NCBI GenBank assembly: GCA_905209745.1
Contig: CAJLUG010000001.1
Span: 1-28,063, forward strand
From: an uncultured Mycoplasma sp.
GTDB lineage: Bacteria > Bacillota_I > Bacilli_A > RF39 > UBA660
DNA: 28,063 nucleotides
Direction: 5' to 3'
A program made the position numbers and the translations under genes. Below, piece after piece: positions 17,649-27,130 of this stretch; position 1 is the stretch's first letter; every line of letters begins with the position of its first letter. The notes under the pieces are model-generated. The model saw only the letters and a list, made by a program, of their open reading frames with translations. It was not told the DNA's origin and searched no databases.

Positions 17649-17995
17649 AATTAAATAAAGACAATTTAATTGGAGTAATTATTGGTTTTATTGTTTTAGT
17701 TATATTTGCTATTTGTTTATCTAGTGGATGCGCTAAACGTATTACTCCTGTTCCTGAAATTCGTTATGTTCCTGTTACTGATTCTACTGCTGTTAATGAA
17801 TTAGTTCTAACTAAAGAATTACTTCGTAGAACTCAAGATTCTCTTAACGCTTATAAATCTGATACTACAATTAGTGCTGATTATTTTGTAGCTAAATATA
17901 AACTTGAGCGTATTAGATATTATAATGATATTGCCGGAAAAGGAAATAATATCAAATTTTTACGTTCATGGATTCGTAGAACTCTTGAAGAATAA
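17645..17995 (+). CDS. putative lipoprotein (possible lysis accessory/o-spanin)
   Basis: 116 aa. Hydrophobic signal ending LSSG-C; ATGA overlap with the upstream gene. Confidence 0.6.
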   Translation: MKLNKDNLIGVIIGFIVLVIFAICLSSGCAKRITPVPEIRYVPVTDSTAVNELVLTKELLRRTQDSLNAYKSDTTISADYFVAKYKLERIRYYNDIAGKGNNIKFLRSWIRRTLEE

Positions 17996-18001
17996 AATAT
18001 T

Positions 18002-18198
18002 ATGTATATTATTAATCGTAGAAAAATATAAGATTAATTAGCGATGAACATCATATTGGTGATGACTTTGAATTTATGATTTATAAAGTTCAAATTAAAG
18101 TTCTTTGGTTTTGGGCTACAATTAAAGAATTTGATGAAGATGAATATTATGATGCTGTTGATTGTTTTAGATATTGTACTAATCCTTATATAAATTAA
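18002..18198 (+). pseudogene. small gene interrupted by a frameshift (or a 40-aa ORF from 18076)
   Basis: MYIINRRKI* from 18002; the -1 frame continues IRLISDEHHIGDDFEFMIYKVQIKVLWFW...NPYIN* to 18198. Confidence 0.5.
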
Positions 18199-18201
18199 AT
18201 T

Positions 18202-18630
18202 ATGGCTTACTTTGGAGATGCTTTTAAAAAACTATCTATTAAAGAAGGTGGTTATGTAAACGATAAAGATGATGCTGGTGGAGAAACTTATAGAGGTATC
18301 AGTCGTAAATATAATCCTACTTGGCAAGGTTGGACTATGATTGATTCTTATAAGAAACATTATACTGTTGGTAGTAAAGAGTTTAAGTCTAAGCTTGATA
18401 ATGATGTTCAGCTTCAGAAACTTGTTTGGGAAAAGTATAAAATAGGTTATTGGGATGTATTTGAACTTGATGATTTTAATAGTCAGAGAGTTGCTGAACA
18501 ATTATTTGATACTAACGTGAATTGTGGTCAAGTTGCAGCTATCAAGATGGCTCAAAGAGTTCTTGGTCTTAAAGAAACTGGTAGATGGAATCTTGATTTA
18601 CTTAATAAACTTATAGAAATAAAAGATTAA
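18202..18630 (+). CDS. Endolysin, glycoside hydrolase family 108
   Basis: 142 aa with EGGYVNDKDDAGGETYRGIS, YWD and FDTNVNCG. Confidence 0.9.
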   Translation: MAYFGDAFKKLSIKEGGYVNDKDDAGGETYRGISRKYNPTWQGWTMIDSYKKHYTVGSKEFKSKLDNDVQLQKLVWEKYKIGYWDVFELDDFNSQRVAEQLFDTNVNCGQVAAIKMAQRVLGLKETGRWNLDLLNKLIEIKD

Positions 18631-18649
18631 CTTAATACTGTATAGAATT

Positions 18650-18928
18650 ATGAAGAAGATGTTAATAGCAATATTTATAATAGCGATTATCAATTTGTGT
18701 TTAACTTTGTATTTATCAATAAGTCGTTTTAGTGTAGAAGCCAATTCATATAATAAAAGTGACACTGCTATTAATCATGTTCGGATTGATTCTATACAGT
18801 TAGTTATAACTGAAAGAGAAAGTATAGTTTATAAACTTAAAGAACATGAGAAAGATATTGAAGATAAAGTTATTAGTCTTAATGATAGTGCTACTTGGGA
18901 GTTATTCAAGAAGTTGGTGTCAGAGTGA
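18650..18928 (+). CDS. putative i-spanin-like membrane protein
   Basis: 92 aa, single N-terminal TM helix plus helical tail, directly after the endolysin. Confidence 0.5.
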   Translation: MKKMLIAIFIIAIINLCLTLYLSISRFSVEANSYNKSDTAINHVRIDSIQLVITERESIVYKLKEHEKDIEDKVISLNDSATWELFKKLVSE

Positions 18929-19268
18929 GATTGATAATGTAGTGCATCCTCCACGGGGAGTCAACACTACTGATACAACTGTTCTTGTCCCTATTAATAT
19001 GATTAAGATTGCTAATACTAAAATTATTAAAGCTAAACTTTATAAAGATATTATTAACGAACAAGATAGTATAATTAATCTCCATAAGATTAAATATAAT
19101 GCTCTTTATAAAGAAGTTGAAACTTTACAAAATAATCTTGATAATAGTAATAAAGTAAATGATAATTTAAATAAGTCTATTGAACGTATTAAACGTAAGA
19201 ATAGATATTTGGTAAGCGGTGGTGCTGTTTGCGCTATCGCTTTTGTTGTTTGTTTACTAGTTAAATAA
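18846..19268 (+). CDS. putative spanin-like protein (signal peptide, coiled coil, C-terminal TM)
   Basis: 140 aa, overlapping the previous gene by 83 bp in another frame as Rz/Rz1 pairs do. Confidence 0.5.
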   Translation: MRKILKIKLLVLMIVLLGSYSRSWCQSEIDNVVHPPRGVNTTDTTVLVPINMIKIANTKIIKAKLYKDIINEQDSIINLHKIKYNALYKEVETLQNNLDNSNKVNDNLNKSIERIKRKNRYLVSGGAVCAIAFVVCLLVK

Positions 19269-19274
19269 AATATT

Positions 19275-21530
19275 ATGGCTGATGGTAAATATCCTTTTCT
19301 AGAATACATTGAAGAACCTGATAAAGAGAAAAAGTATAAGAAAGCTAGTGATTGTGGATGGTATGACCCTCATAATAACTTTTTAATTGGAGATAGTGGT
19401 GGCTTTCTTTTAAATATTAGACCTGGCAAATTTGTTAATACTGAACTTTTTAATGAAGCTGCTAGAACATATCAAGCCACAGGTAAATATACTCAATTTA
19501 AAGTTGATAGTATTCCTCATAGACAATTTAGACGTAGAGAATGTGATAGACGACGTAATGGTTTTTCTGCTCCTTGTTGGCAAAATCCAGATGGAAGTAT
19601 AGAAGATGTTTGGATAACAGGTGGTCATTATAATTTTCTTAATTATACTCGTATGGAACGTACAGATGAATCATCTGTTATTGTTACTGAACATGGAGCT
19701 ACTGCTAAAAAGATTTATAGTTTTCCTAGTTTTATTGATGCTCAATTTTGGACTTGGCAAATTATAGAATTTTGTAGACGTAATGGTTTACATCTTATTA
19801 TTGATAAAACTCGACGTGGAGGTTTTTCTTATATTATGGCTGCTGATAGTTCTAATGAAGTTAACTTATCTAAGCATAAAGTTGTTATTCATGTTGCGGC
19901 TGATAATAAATACTTAATTAAACAAGGTGGTTTAAGTGACTTTGCTGTTAATAATTTAAAGTTCTTTGAAGAAAAGACTCCATTTAAAAGAGGTATATAT
20001 AGTCCTACTACTGATAGTTTTAAACTTGGTTATCGTATGAAAAATGGAGTTGAAGCTGATGATAGTTGGTCTAGTTCTCTTTTAAGCGTTAGTGCTAATA
20101 ATAATCCAGACTGTGCTATTGGTAAAGATGCTGTTACAATTAAAGTTGAAGAGTTATCTACAATGCAGAATTTTGATGAGTTTATGAATGTAACTGAACC
20201 TACAATGACTGTTGGTACTCGTACTACTGGTACTCTTATGGCTTGGGGAACTGCTACTGCTGCTAATATGCAAATATTTGAACAAAACTTTTATAATCCT
20301 AGAGCATTTGGATTTATGCACTTTGAAAATGTTTGGGATAATGATGCTCGTAATGAAGTTTGTGGATTTTTTAAATCTTATGCTTGGGGTCTTGAAGGGG
20401 AAATAGATGGAGTTAAAGGATTTGATGAAGATGGAAATAGTAATCTACGAATAGGGCTTCAGCTTGCTGCACGAGAAAGAATTGAAAAGAAAAAGACTGC
20501 TAAGACTTTTGCAGAATATCTTAATTATCTTGGTCAGCGTGCTTTATTTCCTGCTGAATCTTTTAGTAGTGCTAGTGAAAATATATTTAGTAGTGAAGCT
20601 CTTAATAAGTTTGAAGATAAACTTCGAGTTGATAATAGTTATAAGTTTTATACTGATGGTGAACTATTTGAAGATGGAACTAAAAAGATTTATTTTAAAT
20701 CTAATGCTCGTATAAGAATTGAAAATCCTGATATGAAAACTTATGATTATATTCAAGGAGTTCCTAGACGTGGTAACGAAGACCCTCATGGTTGTATAAG
20801 AGTTTGGTTTGCTCCTGAATATGAAGAAACATATATTGGCGATAGGCTTATAAGAAGTATTCTTCCCGGTACTTATGTTGCAGTTTATGACCCTGTTGGT
20901 ATTGATAAAGATAAAAAAGAAATTACTGATAGACATTCTCATAATAGTATATTTGTTATTGAAATGCCTAGAGAACGTAATGGATTTAAACCTAAGTTGT
21001 GTGCTGCATATTATGGACGTACTGAACGACTAGAAGAAGCTGATGAAAAGTTTTATCGACTATGTAAATGGTATAATTGTATTGGTACTGGACTTGTAGA
21101 AATAAATCGTGGTGAAACTGTTTCTAATTTTCGTAAATGGAAAGCTACTAAATATCTAGGTTATGAACCTTTATATGTTTGGGATTCTGCTGTTAAAGAA
21201 AAAGTTAGTACTAGTTATGGTTATAATATTGGTAGTGGTCCTAAGAAACTAGATGGTCTTCGACTTCTTAAAGAGTTCTTATATGAAGTTATTGGTAAGA
21301 ATGAATTTGGGGAAGATATTTATGTTTTTGAAAGATTTCTTGATTATCAAACAATTCTTGAACTTAAAAAGTTTAATGCCGAAGGTAACTTTGACCGTAT
21401 ATCTAGTCTTATACTTTTAGGTATATATTGGAAGTCTATTGATATTAAAGGTAAACGAGAACTTGCTAGTCGTAAGAAAGTTACAGAAGATAATGATAAA
21501 ACAGATATTTTTAATAGACAATGGTTTTAA
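19275..21530 (+). CDS. terL: Terminase large subunit
   Basis: 751 aa. Walker A KTRRGGFS, Walker B IKVEE, coupling motif GTA, nuclease YDPVG...EINRG...FDRISS; precedes the portal. Confidence 0.9.
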   Translation: MADGKYPFLEYIEEPDKEKKYKKASDCGWYDPHNNFLIGDSGGFLLNIRPGKFVNTELFNEAARTYQATGKYTQFKVDSIPHRQFRRRECDRRRNGFSAPCWQNPDGSIEDVWITGGHYNFLNYTRMERTDESSVIVTEHGATAKKIYSFPSFIDAQFWTWQIIEFCRRNGLHLIIDKTRRGGFSYIMAADSSNEVNLSKHKVVIHVAADNKYLIKQGGLSDFAVNNLKFFEEKTPFKRGIYSPTTDSFKLGYRMKNGVEADDSWSSSLLSVSANNNPDCAIGKDAVTIKVEELSTMQNFDEFMNVTEPTMTVGTRTTGTLMAWGTATAANMQIFEQNFYNPRAFGFMHFENVWDNDARNEVCGFFKSYAWGLEGEIDGVKGFDEDGNSNLRIGLQLAARERIEKKKTAKTFAEYLNYLGQRALFPAESFSSASENIFSSEALNKFEDKLRVDNSYKFYTDGELFEDGTKKIYFKSNARIRIENPDMKTYDYIQGVPRRGNEDPHGCIRVWFAPEYEETYIGDRLIRSILPGTYVAVYDPVGIDKDKKEITDRHSHNSIFVIEMPRERNGFKPKLCAAYYGRTERLEEADEKFYRLCKWYNCIGTGLVEINRGETVSNFRKWKATKYLGYEPLYVWDSAVKEKVSTSYGYNIGSGPKKLDGLRLLKEFLYEVIGKNEFGEDIYVFERFLDYQTILELKKFNAEGNFDRISSLILLGIYWKSIDIKGKRELASRKKVTEDNDKTDIFNRQWF

Positions 21531-21548
21531 GATTAAATAGATAAAGAT

Positions 21549-23960
21549 ATGTATAATTTTGGTAGACTTGATTTTCCTAATCAGCATGTTAGTTATGCTG
21601 AAAAACAAGAAGTTGATTGGTATGCTAAATGTTGTGATTATGTTATAGAAGCTGGTATTGCTTGTAAAGCTGATTTTAATGTAGAAGAAAAGTTTAATAT
21701 TCTTCTTGGTAATATTCCTAGAGAATATTATAGAAAAACTCTTAATCCTTATAATGAGAAAGATGAAAATCTAACTCGTTTTCCAGCTACTATGCGTAAT
21801 TATGATATGATGAAAGGTATTATTAGAAGATATATTGGTGAATATATTAAGAATCCACATGATTTTATTGTTGGAGCTAATAATCCTGAAGTTGTATTTG
21901 CTAGAGATGCTGAACTTGGTAAACAAATTATGATGCTTGCAGAACAAGCTGTTGCTAAGAAAATACAAGAAAGTTATATGCAGTTTGTTAATGAAGGTAA
22001 TAATCCTGAACAATTTAATCCTGAACAAGCTGTTGATATTGAAGCTTTTATTAAAGAATTTAATGAAAATTTTATTGATGATATTAGTGCACAAGGACAA
22101 GATTTAATTAATGTTATTGATGACCTTACTGATGCTTTTACTATATACGCTAGAGCTTATTTTGAATTTGTTGCTTTTGGAGCTTGTTACACATATAGAG
22201 ATGTTGTAGGTAATCAATTAATTAAACGTGTTGTTAGTGTTAGAGATGCTTTTCCTGTTCCTAATGATAATATGTTTGCAGAAGATTATGATATGTTTGC
22301 TGAACGTCGTATGTTGACTAAACAACAAATTATAGATGAATTTTATGAATATCTTTCTGAAAAAGAACGTGAAGCTCTTGATACATATTATCAATATAGT
22401 GCTACTACTTCTAGCGATAAAGCACTTTTAAATTGGGATAAATATATATATTATTTTGGTGATATATGTAGTAAATTTAATAAAGATGATTTGCAACATA
22501 TTAAGAATACTAATATAATGGCTCGTGATGCTAATAATGGTTTATTTGAAGTTTGGCATACTGTTTGGAGAGGTGAAATAAAAGAAGGTATTCTTACATA
22601 TAGTAATGGAGCATTTGTTACAACAAGAATTGTTGATGAAACTTATCAGCTTAACCCTGCTAGTGGTGATATTAGTATTGAATGGGTGTGGCGTCCACAA
22701 GTTTATGAGAGCGTTAGAATTGGTTCTCGTGCTACAAGCATATATCCTTATAAGGCTCGTCCTATTGCTTATAATAGGAATGGCAAACTTCCTTATAATG
22801 GTATTGCAGAACTTTTGCCGGGTTTTGGAAGATTTAGTGTTGTAGATACAGTTATTCCTTATCAAGTATTTCGTAATATAGTTTCTTATCATAGAGAAAT
22901 GGCTATTGCTAAAAATAAGATGAATGTTCTTATGATTGCTAAATCTCTTCTTGGTAAAAAACCTGCTGAAACTATATATCGTATGGCTGCTGATGGTGTA
23001 CTTTATATTGATGATGAAGATGATGCTAATCTTGTTAAAGCACAAAGTGTTCGTTATCTTGAAAGTCGTATGAATAATTATATTACTGAACTTGGACAAC
23101 TTATCCAAGAGATTGAACAGACTGCTAAAATGGAATGTGATATGACTCCGCAACGTTATGGTGAGATTGCTAATAGTGCTGGTAAAGGAGTTACTGATGA
23201 AGCAGTTATTCGTGGAAGTATGGGTTCTGTTATTATTGAATTTATATTTGATAAAATGAGAGAACGAGATTATCAAGCTGAAATGGATTATACTAAACTT
23301 GCTTGGATTGATGGTCTTAATACTTCTTATAAAACTAAAGATGGCGATATTAGATATTTAAGTCTTGATGTTAATAGTCATATATTTGCTAATTATATTG
23401 TTACTTGTAAAACTTCTGTTAAAGAACGTGAGAAACTTGAACAATATAAACAACTTGCATTTAGTGCTGCTCAGAATGGTAATATGGATATGGCTAATGC
23501 TGCTATACGTGGAGATAATGTTGCTCAAATTAGTAAACTTATTGATAAGTATCAAAATATTCAACGTGAGCATGAACTTGATGTTGAACGTGTTTCTCAA
23601 CAAACAGAACAACTTCGTCAAGAATTTGAACTTGCTAAGATTGATAGAAAAGCAGAACAAGATAGAGAAACAATTAGAGTTGAAAAATATCTTGATGGTC
23701 AGATTGAAGCTATGAAAGCAAATGCTAATATTATGAGTTTTGATAATGGTCTTAGTGATGCTGAAAAGAGTCAAGCTGAAGAACGTATGGAAAATGCTAG
23801 ACTTAATCTTGAACGTAGTAAACTTAGTTTAGATGCTCAAAAGACTTCTGTTGAAGCACAACTTAAAGAAAAAGAATTAGCTGTTAAACTTAAAGAAAGT
23901 GATGATAAAGTCAAGATTGCAAAAACGAATAAAAATCGTTATGATAGTAAAAGTAAATAA
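21549..23960 (+). CDS. Portal protein
   Basis: 803 aa between terL and the capsid genes, with a long C-terminal coiled coil; size and synteny typical of crAss-like phages. Confidence 0.85.
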   Translation: MYNFGRLDFPNQHVSYAEKQEVDWYAKCCDYVIEAGIACKADFNVEEKFNILLGNIPREYYRKTLNPYNEKDENLTRFPATMRNYDMMKGIIRRYIGEYIKNPHDFIVGANNPEVVFARDAELGKQIMMLAEQAVAKKIQESYMQFVNEGNNPEQFNPEQAVDIEAFIKEFNENFIDDISAQGQDLINVIDDLTDAFTIYARAYFEFVAFGACYTYRDVVGNQLIKRVVSVRDAFPVPNDNMFAEDYDMFAERRMLTKQQIIDEFYEYLSEKEREALDTYYQYSATTSSDKALLNWDKYIYYFGDICSKFNKDDLQHIKNTNIMARDANNGLFEVWHTVWRGEIKEGILTYSNGAFVTTRIVDETYQLNPASGDISIEWVWRPQVYESVRIGSRATSIYPYKARPIAYNRNGKLPYNGIAELLPGFGRFSVVDTVIPYQVFRNIVSYHREMAIAKNKMNVLMIAKSLLGKKPAETIYRMAADGVLYIDDEDDANLVKAQSVRYLESRMNNYITELGQLIQEIEQTAKMECDMTPQRYGEIANSAGKGVTDEAVIRGSMGSVIIEFIFDKMRERDYQAEMDYTKLAWIDGLNTSYKTKDGDIRYLSLDVNSHIFANYIVTCKTSVKEREKLEQYKQLAFSAAQNGNMDMANAAIRGDNVAQISKLIDKYQNIQREHELDVERVSQQTEQLRQEFELAKIDRKAEQDRETIRVEKYLDGQIEAMKANANIMSFDNGLSDAEKSQAEERMENARLNLERSKLSLDAQKTSVEAQLKEKELAVKLKESDDKVKIAKTNKNRYDSKSK

Positions 23961-23991
23961 TCGACTGTACTTCTAAATTTTGTTCATAATA

Positions 23992-24030
23992 GGGCTGGGC
24001 TTGCTTGTGAAAGTAGGTTCAGCCCATTTT
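23992..24030 (+). terminator. Intrinsic terminator-like hairpin after the portal gene
   Basis: GGGCUGGGCUUGCUU-GUGA-AAGUAGGUUCAGCCC (15 bp including G-U pairs) followed by AUUUUCAUUUUU. Confidence 0.75.
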
Positions 24031-24263
24031 CATTTTTATTTACATCACATGAGCCATTTTAAGCTCATTTTAAGCACTTTATTCATTTCGTGATAGATTA
24101 ATCATTATGATAAAATTTGATTCATACACGGCTTCTCTGAAAGCGACATGCTAGGTTATCAGTAATAAATATCCTAGTTAGCAATAGTATGTTAGTCGGC
24201 AAATCGGCTTAAAGGTGAACATATTTTAACGATACAAGTAAAACTCGTATTATTATTATAGTT

Positions 24264-24271
24264 TATATTTG
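24264..24271 (+). promoter_or_regulatory. Bacteroidota -7 promoter element
   Basis: TATATTTG about 30 bp upstream of the ATG at 24303; no clear -33 box. Confidence 0.45.
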
Positions 24272-24302
24272 TGATATAGTAATTAATTAAAAACAAAGAG
24301 TT

Positions 24303-25613
24303 ATGCCTAATTTTGATAGTTTTGGTTTTAATGGTGAAACATCTAATGGTGATGGAAAACCTACTGACGACATTACAGACCTTGATACAGGTAAAACAGG
24401 GCAGTTAGATGCTGATGGTAATTCTATTGATGATATTACTAATAATGGTAATGGAGATGGGAATAGTGATTCTAATGCTAATAAAGATAACCAATCTTCA
24501 TCCTCCACGGGGGGTAAGCCTAATGACAAAGCGAATGACGCTGATGTTGAACATGGTTTAGAAGAAGGTACTATTATCGAAGATGGAGACAATAAATATA
24601 CTGTTGATAAAGACGGTAATCTTATTGACGATAAAGGTAATATCTTTAAAGCTAAAAACGAAGTTGCTGCTTATCTTAAAGAATTTGAAGTAGAAGATAC
24701 TAAAGAAGATAATACTATTGATGTTAAATCAATTCAAGAACTTGTAGGTGTTTCTGTTACTTCAGAAGATGGTAAAGCTGTTACTTTTGAAAATACTCCT
24801 CAAGGAGTTGCAAGTTATATTCAATCCGTTATTGATTTAAAACGTGATGAATTTGCTCAAGCTGGTGTTAATAAGTTATTTGAAGATTATCCTATCGTTG
24901 GTGATTTTCTTAATTATTATGTTGCAAATGGTAATTCATTTGAAGGCTTTGGCGAACTTCGAGATAGAAGCGGTATTGAAGTAGATGAAAATAATGTAAG
25001 TCAACAAGAAGCTATTGTTCGTGAGGCGTTTAAGGAATTTAATCGTCGTGGTAATGTTGATAAGTATATTCAATATCTTAAAGATAGTAATGAACTTTTC
25101 AATGTTGCTAAAGAAGAACTTGAAGCTCTTCAGAAAGCTGATAATGAAATGCGTGAAGCTAATGCTAAAGAAGCTATGCGAGTTAAAGCAGAAGAAGAGA
25201 AACAACTTGTGGAATTTTGGAATGGAGTTAAAGATTGTATTGATAAGCGACAGATTGCTGGTTATCGTATTCCTGAAACTGTTATTATTGAACGTAATGG
25301 TAAACAGATTTCTACTACTCCAGAAGATTTCTTCAATTATGTTTATCAAGTTGATGATAAAGGACTTTCTCGTTATGAAAATGATTTAATGAAGTTATCT
25401 CCTGCTGAAAGACGCGATGAAGAACTGCTTAAGGCTTGGCTTAAATATACAGGTAAAGGTTATGATAGTTTGATAGAAATGGCTGTTTCTGATAAAGAAG
25501 CTAAAAAGTTGAAACTTACTGCTAGTCAACGTAAATCTACAAAAGGAGCTATTAAAATAACTAAACCTGACAGTAAAAAAGATGCTCTGAAAGATGAGCG
25601 TTTTGGTTATTAA
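24303..25613 (+). CDS. Acidic head-module protein (putative scaffold)
   Basis: 436 aa, D/N/G-rich disordered N-terminus; sits between portal and capsid. Confidence 0.6.
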   Translation: MPNFDSFGFNGETSNGDGKPTDDITDLDTGKTGQLDADGNSIDDITNNGNGDGNSDSNANKDNQSSSSTGGKPNDKANDADVEHGLEEGTIIEDGDNKYTVDKDGNLIDDKGNIFKAKNEVAAYLKEFEVEDTKEDNTIDVKSIQELVGVSVTSEDGKAVTFENTPQGVASYIQSVIDLKRDEFAQAGVNKLFEDYPIVGDFLNYYVANGNSFEGFGELRDRSGIEVDENNVSQQEAIVREAFKEFNRRGNVDKYIQYLKDSNELFNVAKEELEALQKADNEMREANAKEAMRVKAEEEKQLVEFWNGVKDCIDKRQIAGYRIPETVIIERNGKQISTTPEDFFNYVYQVDDKGLSRYENDLMKLSPAERRDEELLKAWLKYTGKGYDSLIEMAVSDKEAKKLKLTASQRKSTKGAIKITKPDSKKDALKDERFGY

Positions 25614-25632
25614 CATAATAGTAAATTTGTAG

Positions 25633-27105
25633 ATGAAAACATTACGTGTTATTGGACAAACTCGTTATGAAGATAGAGGTTATTCTAATGAAGAATCAAT
25701 TGCTTATCTTCAGCTTCAAAAGCCAGAAGAAATTAATAGTTTTCTGACTTATAATTATGGTATGGATGATGACCGTTTTCCTTTGAGTTTTATTACTGAG
25801 GGACAAGGTAGTAGAGGTATTAAAGAAACTGCTACTGTTCAGTGGACTTGGAAAACAATGGGTCGTATGAAATTTACAGATTTTGTAACTTACTTTAATC
25901 CTGCTGTTACTAAACCTGGTCAAAATGGTAGTGAATTTGAAGTTCATTTCTCTACTCATTGGTTTATTGAACAACATGGTCTAACTGCTCCTGATGGTGT
26001 TACTCAAGTTCGTATTCAGAAAGACTTAGGTGAATCTGCTTATGGTTATGCTTATCTTTTGAAACTTACTTCTCCTAATCCTGATGCTTATGTTGACCCT
26101 CAATGGTTAGCTAAAGGTATGTATTGGGCAATGAGTGCTCCTACTGTTTCTGAATCTTATTCTAAAGGTAACAGAAGCAATACTATGGGTCCTGCTGGAA
26201 TGACTTCTCAACTTGAGTTTTATCGTTATTCTAAAGAAATAGCTGGTAATCTTGCTAATGTTGTTACTCAATATCAATTCCAAAATGATAATGGTGGTAC
26301 TTCTAATCTTTGGATTAACGAAGAGATGCGACAGTTCAACTTGCACATGAGAGTAATGAACGAAGAACGTTTGTGGAAGTCTGAATATAATCGTTTACCT
26401 GATGGTACTATTCCTTTAAAAGACCATGATAATGGTAAGCCTATTCCTCGTACTGCTGGTATGTTAGAAATTTGTCGTGAATCTAACTATGATACTTATG
26501 GTGAAATTCTGACTATTAACAAACTTGAACGTACAATCGGTGATGTTCTTGACCGTGATACTCAAGATGGAGATAAGAATGTAGCTCTTATGGGTGGTAA
26601 AGGATTTATTCGTGACTTTGAAATGGCTATCAGAACTGATGCTAAAGAAAACGGATTTATTACTCCTCTTGGTGAAAAGATGATTCAAGATAATGGTGAT
26701 GGTCTTTCTTATGGACGTTACTTTAATAAGTATAAAACTCCAGATGGATATACTATTACTGTTATTCATAATGCTTATTTCGATAAGGGTACTGATGCTG
26801 AAGCTGCTAAGCAAAATGGTATGATTCATCCTACTACTGGCTTGCCTATTACTTCTCATCAAGCTGCTTTGATTGATATGAGTAATTATAAAGGTAATCA
26901 GAATGTTCGTATAGTACGTCAAAAAGGACAGGCTTATAAAGCTAAAGTTATCGAAGGTATGACTGATATTCCTGCTTGCTGGGGATTGCCTAATACTAAT
27001 CATGCAGCTACTGAAATTGATATGGCTCGTTATGAAGTTAAAGGCTCTATTGGTTTGCAGGTAGATAATACCACTAAGATGTTCTTATTGAAATGTGTAT
27101 TATAA
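25633..27105 (+). CDS. Major capsid protein
   Basis: 490 aa. Position after portal/scaffold, codon bias and resemblance to crAss-like MCPs. Confidence 0.85.
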   Translation: MKTLRVIGQTRYEDRGYSNEESIAYLQLQKPEEINSFLTYNYGMDDDRFPLSFITEGQGSRGIKETATVQWTWKTMGRMKFTDFVTYFNPAVTKPGQNGSEFEVHFSTHWFIEQHGLTAPDGVTQVRIQKDLGESAYGYAYLLKLTSPNPDAYVDPQWLAKGMYWAMSAPTVSESYSKGNRSNTMGPAGMTSQLEFYRYSKEIAGNLANVVTQYQFQNDNGGTSNLWINEEMRQFNLHMRVMNEERLWKSEYNRLPDGTIPLKDHDNGKPIPRTAGMLEICRESNYDTYGEILTINKLERTIGDVLDRDTQDGDKNVALMGGKGFIRDFEMAIRTDAKENGFITPLGEKMIQDNGDGLSYGRYFNKYKTPDGYTITVIHNAYFDKGTDAEAAKQNGMIHPTTGLPITSHQAALIDMSNYKGNQNVRIVRQKGQAYKAKVIEGMTDIPACWGLPNTNHAATEIDMARYEVKGSIGLQVDNTTKMFLLKCVL

Positions 27106-27130
27106 TCATTTAAAAGAAGCTATTTAAGAT

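Noticed and set aside
128..27003. Many antisense or alternative-frame ORFs in the track (e.g. 128-451, 1844-2350, 12043-12825, 14396-15088, 22542-23276, 26464-27003)
   Set aside because: I/F/N/S- or L/M/I-rich shadows of well-supported genes, caused by the NNT/NNA codon bias.
19275..27105. Introns or inteins in terL, portal or capsid (also checked polB)
   Set aside because: ORFs are continuous and of plausible size; no homing-endonuclease or intein splice motifs recognised.
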